A stretch of DNA of 64,000 bases from Squalus acanthias (taxonomy: Eukaryota), in NCBI GenBank assembly GCA_030390025.1, contig CM059425.1, positions 173,292,001-173,356,000 of the forward strand. Reading direction: 5' to 3'. This document shows positions 31,990 to 45,259 of this stretch, piece by piece. Within the stretch, counting starts at the first letter, position 1; each line of letters starts with the position of its first letter. Under the pieces are notes generated by a model, which ran no database searches, was not told the origin of the DNA, and saw only the letters and a program-made list of their open reading frames with translations. The translations under genes and the position numbers were made by a program.

Positions 31990-34160
31990 CTACATCCTAG
32001 GGTTCTAAAAGAGGTGGCTGCAGAGATAGTGGCTGCATTGGTTTTGATCTTCCAAAATTCCCTAGATTCTAGAATGGTCCCAGCGGATTGGAAGGTAGCA
32101 AATGTAACCCCGCTATTCAAGAAAGGAGGGAGAGAGAAAACGGGAAACTACAGGCCAGTTAGCCTGACATCAGTCGTCGGGAAAATGCTGGAATCCATTA
32201 TTATGGAAGTGGTAACAGGGCGCTTAGAAAATCATAATATGATTAGGCAGAGTCAACATGAAAGGGTTTTATGAAAGGGATATCGGGGGGAAAATTCGGT
32301 TGCTTTGCACCCCCAGTTAGAGGGCGCTAACGGGGCGCAAAGCAACTAGCACCCAGGCGCAGCGCCGCCAACGCCTCCCGCGAAATTCAGTGGGAGGTTA
32401 GCAGCGGCGGTAACCAGTAGCGCCCCACGGCGTTGCTCCACCGGCGATGACGTCATTGCTGTGCGCAGCGCCCCACTCACGCCCTGGCCACGATCTTCGG
32501 GAGTGCCCCCTGACTTACCGCTGGACGCTATGTCTGACGGGGTATGGGGGGCCTACCTGCGGCCGGGGAGGCGCTATTTAAAGGCGAGGTGCGGGGCGGC
32601 CATTTTTGTTGCGGGCCGCCTGCCAGCACCCGCCTCCGCTCCTGTCCCCGGCCTCCTTACCCGCGGAGTGCCAGCTGCGCTCCAGGAGCCCGGCACTTCT
32701 CTTGAGTGCCGGGCTCTTTTGCCGGCCCTCCCGATCCCCGGGGACCCAGCTGGGCCCCGGGTCGTGCTGCGCAAGGCCCCTCCCCTTTAAGAAGGGGAGC
32801 AAGGCCTGCAATACCGCGATATTCCCTCGCAGCGCCCCAAGAGGAAGGCGGGGCGCTTCCAGTAGCGCCCTGCTTCCCTCTTGGGGCGCTACCACTCAAT
32901 TTCCGTCGCGGGGGCGCTAATTTTTCCGGGGCACTACTCAATTTTTAGCCCATCGTGTTTAACAAATTTATTCGAGTTTTTTGAGGATGTCACTAGCAGG
33001 GTAGATAAAGGGGAACCAGTGGATGTAGTATATTTAGATTTCCAAAAGGCTCATGGGGTTGGAGGTAATATATTAGCATGGATAGAGGATTGGTTAAGGG
33101 ACAGAAAATAGAGAGTAGGGATAAATGGGTCATGTTCCGGTTGGCAGGCGGTAACGAGTGGGGTGCCGCAAGGATCAGTGCTTGGGCCTCAGCTATTTAC
33201 AATCTATGATGAAGGGATCGAGTGCAATGTATCCAAGTTTGTTGATGATACAAAGCTAGGTAAGAAAGTAAGCTGTAAGATGGACACAAAGAGCCTGCAA
33301 AGGGATAACGACATATTAAGTGAGTGGGCAATAAGGTGGCAGATGGAGTATAATGTGGGGAAATGTGAGGTTATTCACTTTCGTAGGAAAAATAGGAAAA
33401 CAGAATATTTTTAAATGCTGAGAAATTATTAAATGTTGGTGTTCAGAGAGATTTAGGTGTCCTCGTACGGGAATCACAGTTAGCATGCAGGTACAGCAAG
33501 CAATTAGGAAAGCAAATGGCATGTTGGCCTTTATTGCAAGGGGGTTGGAATACAAGAGTGAAGAATTCCTACTACAATTGTACAGGGCTTTGGTGAGACC
33601 ACACCTGGAGTACTGTGCACTGTCTTGGACTCCTTATCTGAGAAAGGACATAGATGCCTTAGAGGCGGTACAACAAAGGTTCACTAGATTGATCCCTGGG
33701 ATGAAAGGGTTGTCCAATGAGGAGAGATTGAGTAGATTGGGCCTATACTCTCTGGAGTTTAAAAGAATGAGAGGTGATCTCATTAAACATAAGATTCTGA
33801 GGGGGATTGACAGGGTAGATGCTGAGAGGTTGTTTCCGCTGGCTGGAGAGCCTAGAAATAGGGGGCATATTCTCAGGATAAGGGGTCGGCCATTTAAGAC
33901 TGAGATGAGGAGGAATTTCTTCACTCAGAGGGTAGTGAATCTTTGGAATTCTCTACCCCAAAGGGCTGTGGATGCTGAGTCGTTGAGTATATTCAAGGCT
34001 GAGAGAGATAGATTTTTGGACTTTACGCGAAACAAGGGATATGGGGTTCAGGCATGAAATTGGAGTTGAGGTTGAAGATCAACCATGATCTTATTAAATG
34101 GCGGAGCAGGCTTGAAGGGCTGTATGGCCCACTCCTGCTCCTAATTCTTATGTTCTTATG
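31990..34160 (+). mobile_element. CR1 LINE, 5'-truncated RT region, interrupted by a MITE
   Basis: NYRPVSLTSVVGK, YLDFQKA, PQGSVLGP, RPHLEYC motifs and CR1 3' UTR. Confidence 0.93.
32285..32951. mobile_element. GC-rich MITE with 3-bp TSD ATC (Harbinger-type)
   Basis: GGGGGGAAAATT ... AATTTTTAGCCC; removing it restores the CR1 KGxSCLTNL motif. Confidence 0.8.
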
Positions 34161-34329
34161 TAAGGCTTATGAAGGAAGGCAATCAGATGGTGGTAGTAAG
34201 GATGGTAGTGATACGGATTATGGGATTGTTGGTGTATTGGGGATGGGAGGGATGGTTTAGGTGAAGCACTCTACGATGAAATGAGCGCTCCGGGCGCTAG
34301 GAGCTCTGGTGGTCAACGTTACTGCTGCT

Positions 34330-34610
34330 CTTCTCCCTCTTCATGCTACTTCTCTTCATGCTCCTCATCCTGCTGCACTTTGTGTTGCCCAGGTAGTGAT
34401 AACGGCTGGTCTCTCATTATCACAATGTTATGGAACATGCAGCAGATGATCAAAAATCTAGATACCCTCTCTGAACTGTACTGCAAAGCTCCTCTGGACT
34501 GGACCAAGTGTTTTGTTTGATCGCTCTTCCTTGTTGCAGTGTGGCTCTCATTGTAGGCCAGCTCTGCAGCTATGCCCAGGTTCCTAACAGGAATCATGAG
34601 CCATGTCAAG
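34330..34610 (-). pseudogene. Harbinger DDE transposase C-terminal remnant
   Basis: WLMIP..YNESHTATR..GALQYSSERVSRFLIICCMFHNI matches the HARBI1-like C-terminus. Confidence 0.75.
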
Positions 34611-34723
34611 AGGCGGTGGGAGAGAAATTCGTGTTCGCCAGGAAAGTTGCCGGTGTCGCCGGCAACTGGAGTTAACGGCCGCTGAAAATGGCCGCAAAGC
34701 TAACGGGGCAAAATTCGTCTGGG

Positions 34724-37700
34724 GAACATAGGAACAGGAGTAGGCCATTCAGCCCCTTGAGCCTCTTCCGCCATTCAATGAGATCATGGCTGATCTGTGA
34801 CCTAACTCCATATACCCGTCTTTGGCCCATATCCCTTAATACCTCTGCTTAACAAAAAGCTATCAATCTCTGATTTAAAATTTAAAATTGATCTAGCACC
34901 GATTGCCATTTGCGGAAAAGAGTTCCAAACTTCTACCACCCTTTGTGTGTAGAAGTGTTTCCTAATTTCACTCCTGAAAGGTCTGGCTCTAATTTTTAGA
35001 CTATGCCCCCTAGTCCTAGAATCCCCAACCAGCAGAAATAGTTTCTCTCTATCTACCCTATCTGTTCCCCTTAATATCTTGAAAACTTCAATCAGATCAC
35101 CTTCTAAATTCTAGGGAATACAACCCTAATTTGTGTAATCTCTCCTCATAACTTAATCCTTGAAGTCCGGGTATCATTCTGGTAAACCTCCGCTGCACTC
35201 CCTCCAAGGCCAATATATCCTTCCTAAGGTGTGGTGCCCAGAACTGCTCACAGTACTCCAGGTGTGGTCTAACCAGGGTTTTGTATAGCTGTGGCATAAC
35301 TTCTACCCCCTTGTATTCTAGTCCTCTAGATATAAAGGCCAGCATTCCATTAGCTTTTAAATTATTTTCTGTACCTGTTCATGACATTTTAATGTCCAAA
35401 GAGATCTATATACCTGGACCCCCAAGTCTCTTTGAACCTCCACTGTTTTTAGCTTTTCACCATTTAGAAAGTACCCCTGTTCTATCCTTTTTAGGTCCAA
35501 AGTGGATGACCTCACATTTGCTTACATTGAAATCCATTTGCCACAATTTGCCCATTCACTTAATCTATCAATATCCCTTTGCAATTTTATGCTTCCATCT
35601 ACACTGCCTACAATGCCGCCTATCTTTGTGTCATCGGCAAATTTGGATATATGACTTGCTATGCCATCATCTAAGTCGTTAATAAATACGGTGAATAGTT
35701 GAGGCCCCAACACAGATCTCTGCGGGATACCACTAGTCACATACTGCCAATTTGAGTACCTACCCATTATCCCTATTCTCTGTCTCCTGCCGCTCAGCCA
35801 ATTTCCTAACCAGGTCAATAATTTGCCCTCAATTCCGTGGGCTTCTACCTTAGTTAACAGCCTCTTATGTGAGACTTTATCAAATGCCTTCTGGAAGTCC
35901 ATATAAATAACATCCACAGACATTTCCCTGTCCACTACTTTAGTCACCTCCTCAAAAAATTCAATCAGGTTTGCCAGGCATGACCTGCCTTTCACAAATC
36001 CATGCTGGCTCTCTGATCAACTAAAAATTTTCGAGGTGTTCAGTCACCCTATTCTTAATTATAGACTCTAGCAATTTCCTGACAACAGATGTTAGTCTAA
36101 CTGGCCTATAAATCCCTGGTTTCCCTCTCTCGCCATTCTTAAATAGCGGAGTGACATGCGCAATTTCCCAATCTAAAGGGACAGTTCCTGAATCAAGAGA
36201 ACTTTGGAAGATTATAGTTAGGGCATCTGAAATGTGCTCACCTACTTCCTTTAAAACCCTGGGATGGAAACCATCTGGTCCTAGGGATTTGTCACTCTTT
36301 AGTGCCATTATTTTCTTCATTACTGTTATTTTACTTACGTTAATTTTATTGAGTCCCTGTCCCTGATTCAGTATTAGTTTCCTTGCGATTTCCGGCATGC
36401 TATCCTCTTCTTCTACTGTAAATACTGACGCAAAGTAATTATTCAACATGTCCGCCATTTCCTTATTATCATTGATAATATCACCGTTTTTAAGGGACCA
36501 ACATTGCTCCTGAGCACCCTCTTTTTCCTAATATAATTGTAAAAATTCTTCGTATTGATTTGATATCCCTTGCAAGTTTCTTTTCATACTCCTTTTTGTA
36601 GCTCTTACCATCTGTTTTGTGACCCTTTGCTGTTCTTTGTATCTTTCCCATTCACCAGGATCTGCTATTTTTTGCATTTTTGTATGCTTTTTCTTTTAGT
36701 TTTATGCTGACCCTTACCTCTTTAGTCGCCCATGGCTGTTCATTTTGGCAAGTAGAGCTCTTGCCCCTTAAGGGTATAAACTGGTTCTGTATCACATTAA
36801 ATTCTTTATTAAACATCTCCCACTAATCTTCTGTTGTTTTACTCATTAACAGATTTGCCCAGTTTACTCTGGACAGACTCTGCCTCATCCTGTTGAAGTC
36901 GGCCTTACCTAAATCTAGAATCCAAGTAGCTGTTTTGCGTTTCTCCCTTTCAAACACTCCATTGAACTCGATCATGTTATGATTGCTATTGGATAAATGT
37001 TCACGCACAGTTAGGCTGTTAACTAAATCTGGCTCATTGCTCATTACTAAATCTAATATGGCTTGCTCCCTTGTTGCCTCTCGGACATAGTGTTGTAGAA
37101 AATTATCCCGGACACACTCAAGAAATTCACTACCTTTCTGACAGGTGCTAGTCTGCTTATCCCAATCTATATGAAAGTTAAAATTCCCCCATGAAAACCA
37201 CTCTGCCTTTACTATACACTTGTCTAATCTCTGCATTTATACAATCTAGCACTTCACAGCTGCTACCAGAGGGCCTATACACAACTCCCACTACAGTTTT
37301 AAATCCTTTCCTATTTCTTACTTTAACCCATAAGGTCTCCAATGGCTGCTTACCTCTCTTTAAATCCTCTCTTATCATTGAAGTGATTTCATCCTTAATG
37401 ACTAAGGCTGCTCCTCCCCCTCTCATTTTCACTATCGTTCCTGTAGACCATATAACCTGGTATATTTAGTTCACAGTCCTGTCTCAGTAATGGCTACCAT
37501 GTCATACCCTCTAATTTGAATTCGCGCCTGCAGTTCATTCAATTTATTCCTTATACTTCGTGCGTTTGTATAAAGAACGCTTAATTGGGCCACACACCCT
37601 AGCCTGTCCTTCAGCTCTAATGTTTTACTCACTTGTTTCTTATTTTCTCTCATGGTTTAATCACTTTAGATATTTTAGTTTTCCCTTTACCTGTAGTGCC

Positions 37701-37775
37701 TAAAGCACAATTTCTGACTGTTACTCTACTCTCTTGCCTTTCATTTATTTTTGAACTACTATTTATACTAGAATT
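34724..37775 (-). mobile_element. CR1 LINE, degenerate ORF2 (EN + RT)
   Basis: YTNARSIRNK, GVVYRP, GPDGFHP, KFADD and RPHLEYC on the minus strand; 3' tail at 34724. Confidence 0.93.
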
Positions 37776-38056
37776 TCCCCCTGAGCTCTGGGGGGCTGGA
37801 GATTGGTGGCGCAGCGCTTACCTTCCATGCAATGCCGTCCTTGTGGTGTTAGTGGAGGCATCCAACCCGAAGTTCCTATCCTGAAGTGCTGTTCGAGCTT
37901 TGCACAGCCTCTGGAAGCGAGGCTGTGCAGCTCGCAAGGAATTGTGGGCAATGAAAAGGCCTGTGAATTAAAGGGGCCATGCAATCAGAAGTAATACAAA
38001 TTAAAATCCAGTGAAAAAAATGCAGTTTTCAGCCCTTTCTGCCTTTCAAAATTTTT

Positions 38057-38560
38057 TTTTACATTGTGATGGTCAGTAACAGATGAAAGGTAAGGTGTGG
38101 GACTAATGTTGAAAGGGGAATTGGGGTTGTGGTCATTGGGACCACAGGTGGATGATTCCATACCGGATATCCCCTTCCGTCTGCTTTCTCCTCTTCTGCT
38201 TCTTCCTCTTTGGCCTCCTCCTCTTCTGTGTCTTCCTCTTCCCTCTGCGAGCGGATGCTGTAAACCTGAAGTGCCAGCATAAAATGCTGGAAATATTCAG
38301 CAGGTCAGGCAGCATCTCGACCTGAGACGTGAATTCTACAGCCTTTTTTGTCTTCTCAAAGGCCTACATTTACCATCTGAGCCCTTGCAAGCATCCAGCA
38401 GAACTCCCTACACATTTAAAAAAACTTTAAACATCTATTGCAGCAAGTCACTACTTCAAGAAAATCAAGAAAACCCAGTCCAAAAGCTTAAATCCAAACT
38501 TACCTGAAAGATTTGTGTGTCTCTTTAAGAGGTGCTGACATCACCACTGTCAGCCTCCTT
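38057..38560 (-). mobile_element. Inverted copy of the Harbinger-derived repeat seen at 15690-16678 and 45260-46340
   Basis: Reverse-complement homology, including the shared MGLMLKGELGLWSL frame in the ORF track. Confidence 0.7.
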
Positions 38561-38809
38561 GCACGCCAGAATTCAGCGCTAGGGTCGAAGTTTGCGTTTG
38601 TGATGTTATGTCCGTGTTGCACGCTGATTGACGTCACAACGCCGCCATTTTGTCCAGCATGGCACTGCCAGTTACCGGCAGCGCAAAGGTAAGGACCAAA
38701 ACAGCGGCCGCAGTGGGACCCACCAGCAGCTGGCAAAAGAGCGGTGGCTGGCATTTTAGCGCCATTTAATGGGGCTACGGAGTGGCGCTCAGGCCACAAA
38801 TTTCTAGTC

Positions 38810-39300
38810 CGATATCCCTTGTCACTCAATAGCCAGATTATAATTTGACTGGCACAGAATGAAAGAGTCATGACTGATGCCGGATACTGAGAAGAGACCT
38901 GCATGATGCCTTGCCTGTGGTCACAAACCAGCTGTACATTGAGGAAGTAGAATCCCTTTCAATGCCAGGCTGGTGATGGTGCCTAGTGTTCTCTTGTCCC
39001 GCTATGCTCTGTCCATGAGGAACAAGGTGTTCTCCCGGTTTAGAGAGCTTTGATCACCTTCCTGATACAGTGATGGACTACAAATTGTGAGATGTCGCTG
39101 GTGTCACCTGGAAGGAACCCATGGCATGAAAGTTAAGGGCTACAGTCACAGGCAGTGCTGTCCATGCCATGGTGCGAGGCACACAATGTCCATCAGGCAG
39201 GCCATGGGGGGATGGGGGTGTTCCCTGACACCAGGTAGCTCACTCCCATGGGACAGAAGTTGTTAGGCCTGTGCCAGCTGTAAGTGAGCATATATAAAGT
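38810..39300 (-). pseudogene. Harbinger DDE transposase core remnant
   Basis: KGFYFLNVQLVCDH and WLLSDKGY correspond to the family motifs KGFHSLNVQ.VCD and WLLGD.GY. Confidence 0.75.
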
Positions 39301-39524
39301 GTTGCCAGCTGCTGCTGCAGATCAGTCTTCCAAGTTTAATCCCAGCATAGGGAAGCAGAGGAAGAGGAATGATGGAAAGACAACAATCTTCTGATGTTTT
39401 CTTTTCTTTCCATCATTCCTCCCTCTGAGTGGTTGACAACCATTCATTCAGTGATGTTCTTCGAAAGATCAATCCCAGCATAGGAAAACAGAGTAAGAGG
39501 AAGAGGAAGAGGAAGAGAAGAATC

Positions 39525-40625
39525 ATCATCTGTTCTGACGATGCCACCTTCCACACCAGTGCTCCCGATATGTCTTCCTTTTTCCTCAACTGAGGATTCC
39601 CCTCCACTGTGGTTGACAGTGATCCTCGACCGTGTCCGTCCCATTTTCCGCACTTCTGCCCTCACCCTCCCTCCAGAACCACAATAGGGTCACCCTTGTC
39701 CTTAACTTCCACCCCACTAGTCTCCACATTCAACAGATCATCCTCCGCCATTTACGATGGGACCATTCCCTCCATGACATCCTGGTCCACTCTTCAATCA
39801 CCCCCAACACCCGCTCCTCTTCCCACGGCACCTTCCCATGCAAATGCCCTTTCATCTCTTCCTTTTCCACCATCCAGGGCCCCAAACACTCTTTCTAGGT
39901 GAAACAGTGATTTACTTGTACTTCTTTCAATTTAGTATACTGTATTCGCTGCTCACAATGTGGTCTCCTCTACACTGGGGAGACAAAATGCAGATTGGGT
40001 GATCACTTTGCTGAATACCACCATTCAGTCTGCAAGTGTGACCCTGAGCTTCCGGTCGCTTGTCATTTTAATTCTCCATCCCACTCCCAATATGACTGTC
40101 CTTGGCCTCATACACTGTTCAAATGAAGCTCAACGGAAGCTCGAGGAACAGCACCTCATCATTCGATTAGGCACTTTACAGCCTTCCGGATTCAACATTG
40201 AGTTTAACAACTTCAGATCATAACCACTGCTCCCTTTTTTTCGGACAGCAGGTGCTGTTAATAGTTCTGCTATTGCCATTTACAGCTCCTCTAAACCCAT
40301 TTTTTGTTTCTATACTTTTCCCATTACCACCCCTTTTGCCTTGCACCATCATCCCTTTTGTCATTTAATGAGACCTGCCCTCCACCCTATCACAGACCTT
40401 TTGTTGTTTGCACCCCTCTTCCCCCCACCCCGACCATCCCCTCTTTCCCTGGCTCTGTACTTGCTTATAAACTGTTAAATCTCTAACTTCTTCCAGTTCT
40501 GACAAAAGGTCATCAACCCGAACTGTTAACTCTGTTTATCTATCCACAGATGCTGCCAGACCTGCTGAGTGCTTCCAAAAATGTCTGTTTTTACTCCAGA
40601 TTTCCAGCATCCACACTATTTTGCT
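39525..40625 (+). mobile_element. Old Penelope-like element 3' fragment (GIY-YIG remnant)
   Basis: NLVYCIRCSQCGLLYTGET..RLGDHF and RKLEEQHLIIRLGTLQPSGFNIEF; decayed hammerhead-like ctgac..cccgaac near 40498-40525. Confidence 0.8.
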
Positions 40626-40639
40626 TTGGATCATAAAGA

Positions 40640-41095
40640 TCAAGAAAGACTGGATCAACTGAACTTGTATCCTCTGGAGTTCAGAAGAATGAGGGGGGAT
40701 CTTATAGAGACGTTTAAAATCTTGACTGGTTTAGACAAATTAGATGCGGGCAGAATGTTTCCAATGTTAGGGGAAACTAAAACCAGGGGTCACAGTCTAA
40801 GGATAAAGGGGAAGCCATTTAAGACTGAGATGAGGAGGAACTTCTTCACCCAGAGAGTGGTGAATCTGTGGAATTCTCTACCACAGAAGGTTGTTGAGGC
40901 CAGTTCGCTAAATATATTCAAAAGGGAGTTAGATATAATACTCACAACTAGGGGAATCAAGGGGTATGGCGAGAAAGCAGGAATGGGGTACTGAGGTAGC
41001 ATGTTCAGCCATGAACGCATTGAATGGCGGTGCAGGCTCGAAGGACCGAATGGTCTACTCCTGCACCTATTTTCTATGTTTCTATGTTTTCTATG
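40640..41095 (+). mobile_element. CR1 LINE 3' end
   Basis: LEFRRMRGDLIETFKI..FFTQRVVNLWNSLP and (ttctatgt)n tail. Confidence 0.9.
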
Positions 41096-41293
41096 TGAAT
41101 AGTCCCTCTGGTTCTAGGAAAGGCTCCTCTCTTTCACATCCTGCATCTTTTGCACTCACCAGTTCAGAGACATTCACAGGGGAGAGAAAGATCGGGATGA
41201 GGAATTTGCCCTCAGAATGTCACAGAGCATGAGGGAGCAAAAGGAATAGGAATGGAATTTCCAAGTGGAGACTGCGTAGATAGCTAATAATGA

Positions 41294-42360
41294 AAGAACT
41301 TGCATTTATATAGTGCCTTTCATGACTTCAAGATGTTCCAAAATGCTTTACAGCCAATGAAATACTTTTGAAGCATAGTCACTGTTGTAGTGTAAGGAAA
41401 CACGGCAGCCAATTTGCGCTCAGCAAGGGATAACGGCCTGGAATTTGCGGTTGTAATGATGGCGAAACTGTCAGTGCTCGCTGTCATTACTGTGTAAAAC
41501 TGACAGCAACCTCTGGTATTCGCACATGCGCAGTTAAATCCGGAAATCCGGAAGTTGCTGTCAGTGATACCCTGATCCACCAGAGCGTGTGCTGTTGCAG
41601 TCCTCGTAGATGCAAAAAACACAGAATCAGTGATCTGGCGTGAACTTCAACTTTTTACACGCTTTTCTCACTGTAAAAACCATTGAAAATGTTGAATGAG
41701 GTGTAACTGAGTTTTTAATGGCGTACTAAGTCATAATTAATACTGAATAACCTCTGGCCCTGAAAAACTAATTTTATATTTGTAGAGTGTCATTCCCTCA
41801 GAATAACATTTTAAAATTCCATGATTTTTAAAATAATAAAAATTAAATTTTATTTTATTTTCTTAATTTTTTTAATGATATTTCAGCTTTTACCGTAATT
41901 CCATGTGTACATCCCAATCTTTATTTCGCGCTCTGTAAAATGATTAAAAAGTGAATTGTAATCCGTGCTTTTTACTTCCTGGTTTGCTGTCTGTGAGAAT
42001 TCTTCAATCTGATTGGCTGCTCAGCCTGCTTGCTGACTTCACTGTTCCTGGACACCACAGATTCCCCTATAGAGGGTGCTAGATTGAAAGTCACATCAGA
42101 ATAGGGGAAATCGATGCTCTAGAGCCCGCTAAATCTCTGTGGGCAGCTTTCTTCGAGGTCAGCGGCGCGCGCCATCGCTTCGCTGGTAACCACAAAATAG
42201 GACCAATGACCAAATAATATGTTATTTTTAGTGATTTTGATTGAGGGATAACTATTGGCCAGGACACTGGAGAACTCCCCTGCTCTTCTTGGAATAGTGC
42301 TGTGAAATCATTTACGTCCACCTGAGAGGCAGAAGGGATCTCGGTTTAATGTCTCATCCA
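41294..42360 (-). mobile_element. Deu-domain/L2-tailed SINE split by a MITE-like insertion (~41435-42205); second tail fragment at ~42745-42842
   Basis: L2-type tail cttgcatttatatagtgcc; Deu-like core ttggccaggacac..gtccacctgagaggcaga..ggtttaatgtctcatcc. Confidence 0.65.
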
Positions 42361-42903
42361 TGGTTGAAGAGCCAGTGGACTCATATCTCATCTGAAAAGA
42401 AGGATGCTTTGCAAATAGCACATCTATGTGCAGACACTGAGGACCATCTCTCAAGAGGTGCAACAGATGACAGGGGTCACAAACAATGGAGTCTATATGC
42501 AACAAAATTAAGGAAGCTGTTTCCTTGTTGCAGACATCAATGGAGTTTGTGATAGTTTCATTACAATCTGGGATGGTCCTCCAGTAGGAATGACAAGTTA
42601 GTATCTTTTCATCAGATACAAAGACTGTTGTTACTGAGGCCCTGGTGAAAAATATATAGAGATAATGTAGTAATGAAACATAGAGTTATACTGTAGAATA
42701 TGAAACTAACACTGGAACAAGGGACTGATGTAAAAAAAAAAGGAAAGACTTGCATTTATATAGCGCCTTTCATGACCTTGGGATATCCCAAAGCGCTTTA
42801 CAGCCAATGAAGTACTTTTGAAGTGTAGTCACTGTTGTAATGATCTTTGTAATCTTCAATCCCTTTCCTAACCAGATATTTTCCAGTTCTTTTTCAAGGG
42901 TGA

Positions 42904-43394
42904 TGTAAGCGGGAGTGGGCCCTGTGATATACAGGGTCGACGCCTCGTTGGGTACAGATGACAGACTTCGAGTGATGGTTCAAAACGATCCTTTAATTTT
43001 CACAGGCCTGGGGAGGGCCTGGGAAAACCTTCTGAGACCCTTCTCAGATTCGACTCCCTGATACCCTAGCGACATTCACACTTATACACAAAAATCATAC
43101 CCTGCCCTAGGGGCGGGTGCAAAGCTATCAACGTCCCGATTAATCACATTTCTGTTATCAGTTGGCTCCGGGACCAGATGGTTTGTTTAGTAACATGTTT
43201 TCTTAAGAAAACAGTTCCTGTTTTCGTAACAAGCTCAAGTTACTCTGAATACATATTTTTCCTTAACAAACTCAAGTACATTTTTCCTTAACAAGGTCCT
43301 ATGTCTAACACTTAATGATATCAATTATAAATTTTAATTACTTCAAAGGGGTTGATTGACTTAGTGGCAACTGTTTTTCTGGGAGTCTGTTACA
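42904..43394 (-). mobile_element. Probable solo LTR inserted in an old CR1 fragment
   Basis: TGTAA...TTACA ends; minus-strand TATAA and ATTAAA; flanks read as degenerate CR1 C-terminus. No clear TSD. Confidence 0.5.
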
Positions 43395-43960
43395 CATCCT
43401 GATTGATCTGAACAGGACAAAACTCTAGTTTTATATAATAGTAGTTAATTTTGAACCCATTTCCTCCAGTTCTCCTTCACAGTCCAAGTCAAAAAACCAG
43501 CATACATCTATGTCTTTGCTTTTCAGCATTTTAAAGATATCTGTCATATCCCCATTATAGTAATATAATTGAATAGCCTGATACAGTTTGCAGTACTCTG
43601 GATTACGTCACGTTCCAGGTTTATTGACTGCTGTAAGTATTCCAGAAAAATTTGATGGTTAATAGGTCTGTGAGTTTGCATTTTGTCTATGCTGATGTGA
43701 GGGATTTCTATTCTGGTGACAAGCTTCCTCAAGGTCAGATATGTCAGTAGTACTGGCTGGGAAAAGTCGATCCATGGAGTCTAGGAAATCAGGTTTAATG
43801 ACTAATAATATCTTGGCAAGGGAATGGTGGTTGAGAAGAATTATGAGAATTATACATTGTTTGACCACACTAGATGTTCTGGGGATTAAATTACCTTTTA
43901 CTCTCCCAGTTTTCTATATATTAATACATCATACACCCACGTGTTCCTGATGAGTAACAC

Positions 43961-45070
43961 TGTAGGGACATCTGTTAGAAACTAGGGGTGCCTAAAAATG
44001 TATATGGCTACATGAATAATACTGTGTTTAAATGCTAAGTTTTGTTTTCCTGGAAAGTTTGCATTAGAATTTGAGACAGTCTTTTTAATCAGTTAGATTA
44101 GGTGAAACATAAACATTCCACACGGGGGCCCATAGGATGGCCCTGCCAGGCTAGTTATCTGTTATTTGTAAGTTAGGGTTTTGACTTTGTTAATATATCT
44201 TGAATTTGGCCAGTAAAGGCCCAACCTATGTTTCTTCCATTATTACTAATAACCATATTATAATCTCCACAGATAGAATTTGGAGTTTGTTTAGCAGAAC
44301 TGCTTGTGAAGATAATTAAAAGTTAATTAGGAAAAGACATAGAATGAAAGGAATTTGAGGAGGCTAAGGTATCCATCTTAGAATGGGCCATTTGTTAGAT
44401 GAAGGTGAGATAGCGACTGGCTAACGTGCGGCAGCTCTGGCTGGGGCCATGATTAAGAGGGACAGGACCGGGCCTTGTACTTGCTGGGTTAAGGAGGATA
44501 GAGTCAAGAGAGATAAGACGAGTTCCAATGGAGGAACCTTAAAATGTAAAAACAAGAAAGATAAATTGGTTGAAGTAATGAGACCCTCTTTTGGGGAAGG
44601 CTTTCATCCAAGAACCAAGACAAAGAACTTGAGCTGTCATTGGTTGTTGAAGTTTTAGAGGAACCTCTATAGGTTAAATGGTCTTGTCAATAACTTGGCC
44701 TCAGGCCCACCCCTAAAAAGAGAATAAAAAGTGACACCCCAAGGGTTTGCCCACAGACGGTGGAGGGGAGAGCCGAACAGAAGTTGCAAAGAGAAGTTGG
44801 GCTGGTCGAACGCTCTTTTGAGAGTGATCCCATGCTCACCATCGGAGGTTCTAGAGTGAACGAGAGGGAGAGAGGCCGGAAGCCAGAGAACTGTTCACGC
44901 ATGCCAGCCGTCTGTCTGATCGGGACCGGTACCAGCTGCTTGTCACGGTCGTATGTTTTTGCTGTATTACTAGTGTGTTATATTCCATCCTAAACTCCGA
45001 TTAAACACAATATAACCACCATATTGGTTTGCACTCGATTCTGTTTACCAGAGATACGTGAATCTCTACA
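43961..45070 (+). mobile_element. Probable solo LTR
   Basis: TGTAGGGA...TCTCTACA terminal inverted repeat; ATTAAA at ~45000 followed by U5-like sequence. No clear TSD or PBS. Confidence 0.5.
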
Positions 45071-45259
45071 ATTCACATCACTGTATCTGCTTTTAGGCTG
45101 TAGTTATACTGCCACTTCAATGCAAAATGATTTTGGGTATTCATCAATATGAAAGTGGCAGTATAACTTGGCTGCCAGATCCTGATTTGATGCTTGAGCA
45201 CATTAAATCCGTGCAGTGCGGATCACTCACCAGCAGATCTTATACTACTGATGTTTCTT

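Noticed and set aside
43395..43960. env remnant next to the putative LTR at 42904-43394
   Set aside because: The LTR-proximal part translates as a degenerate CR1 RT C-terminus (GDMTDIFKML..RTGGNGFKI); no env motifs found.
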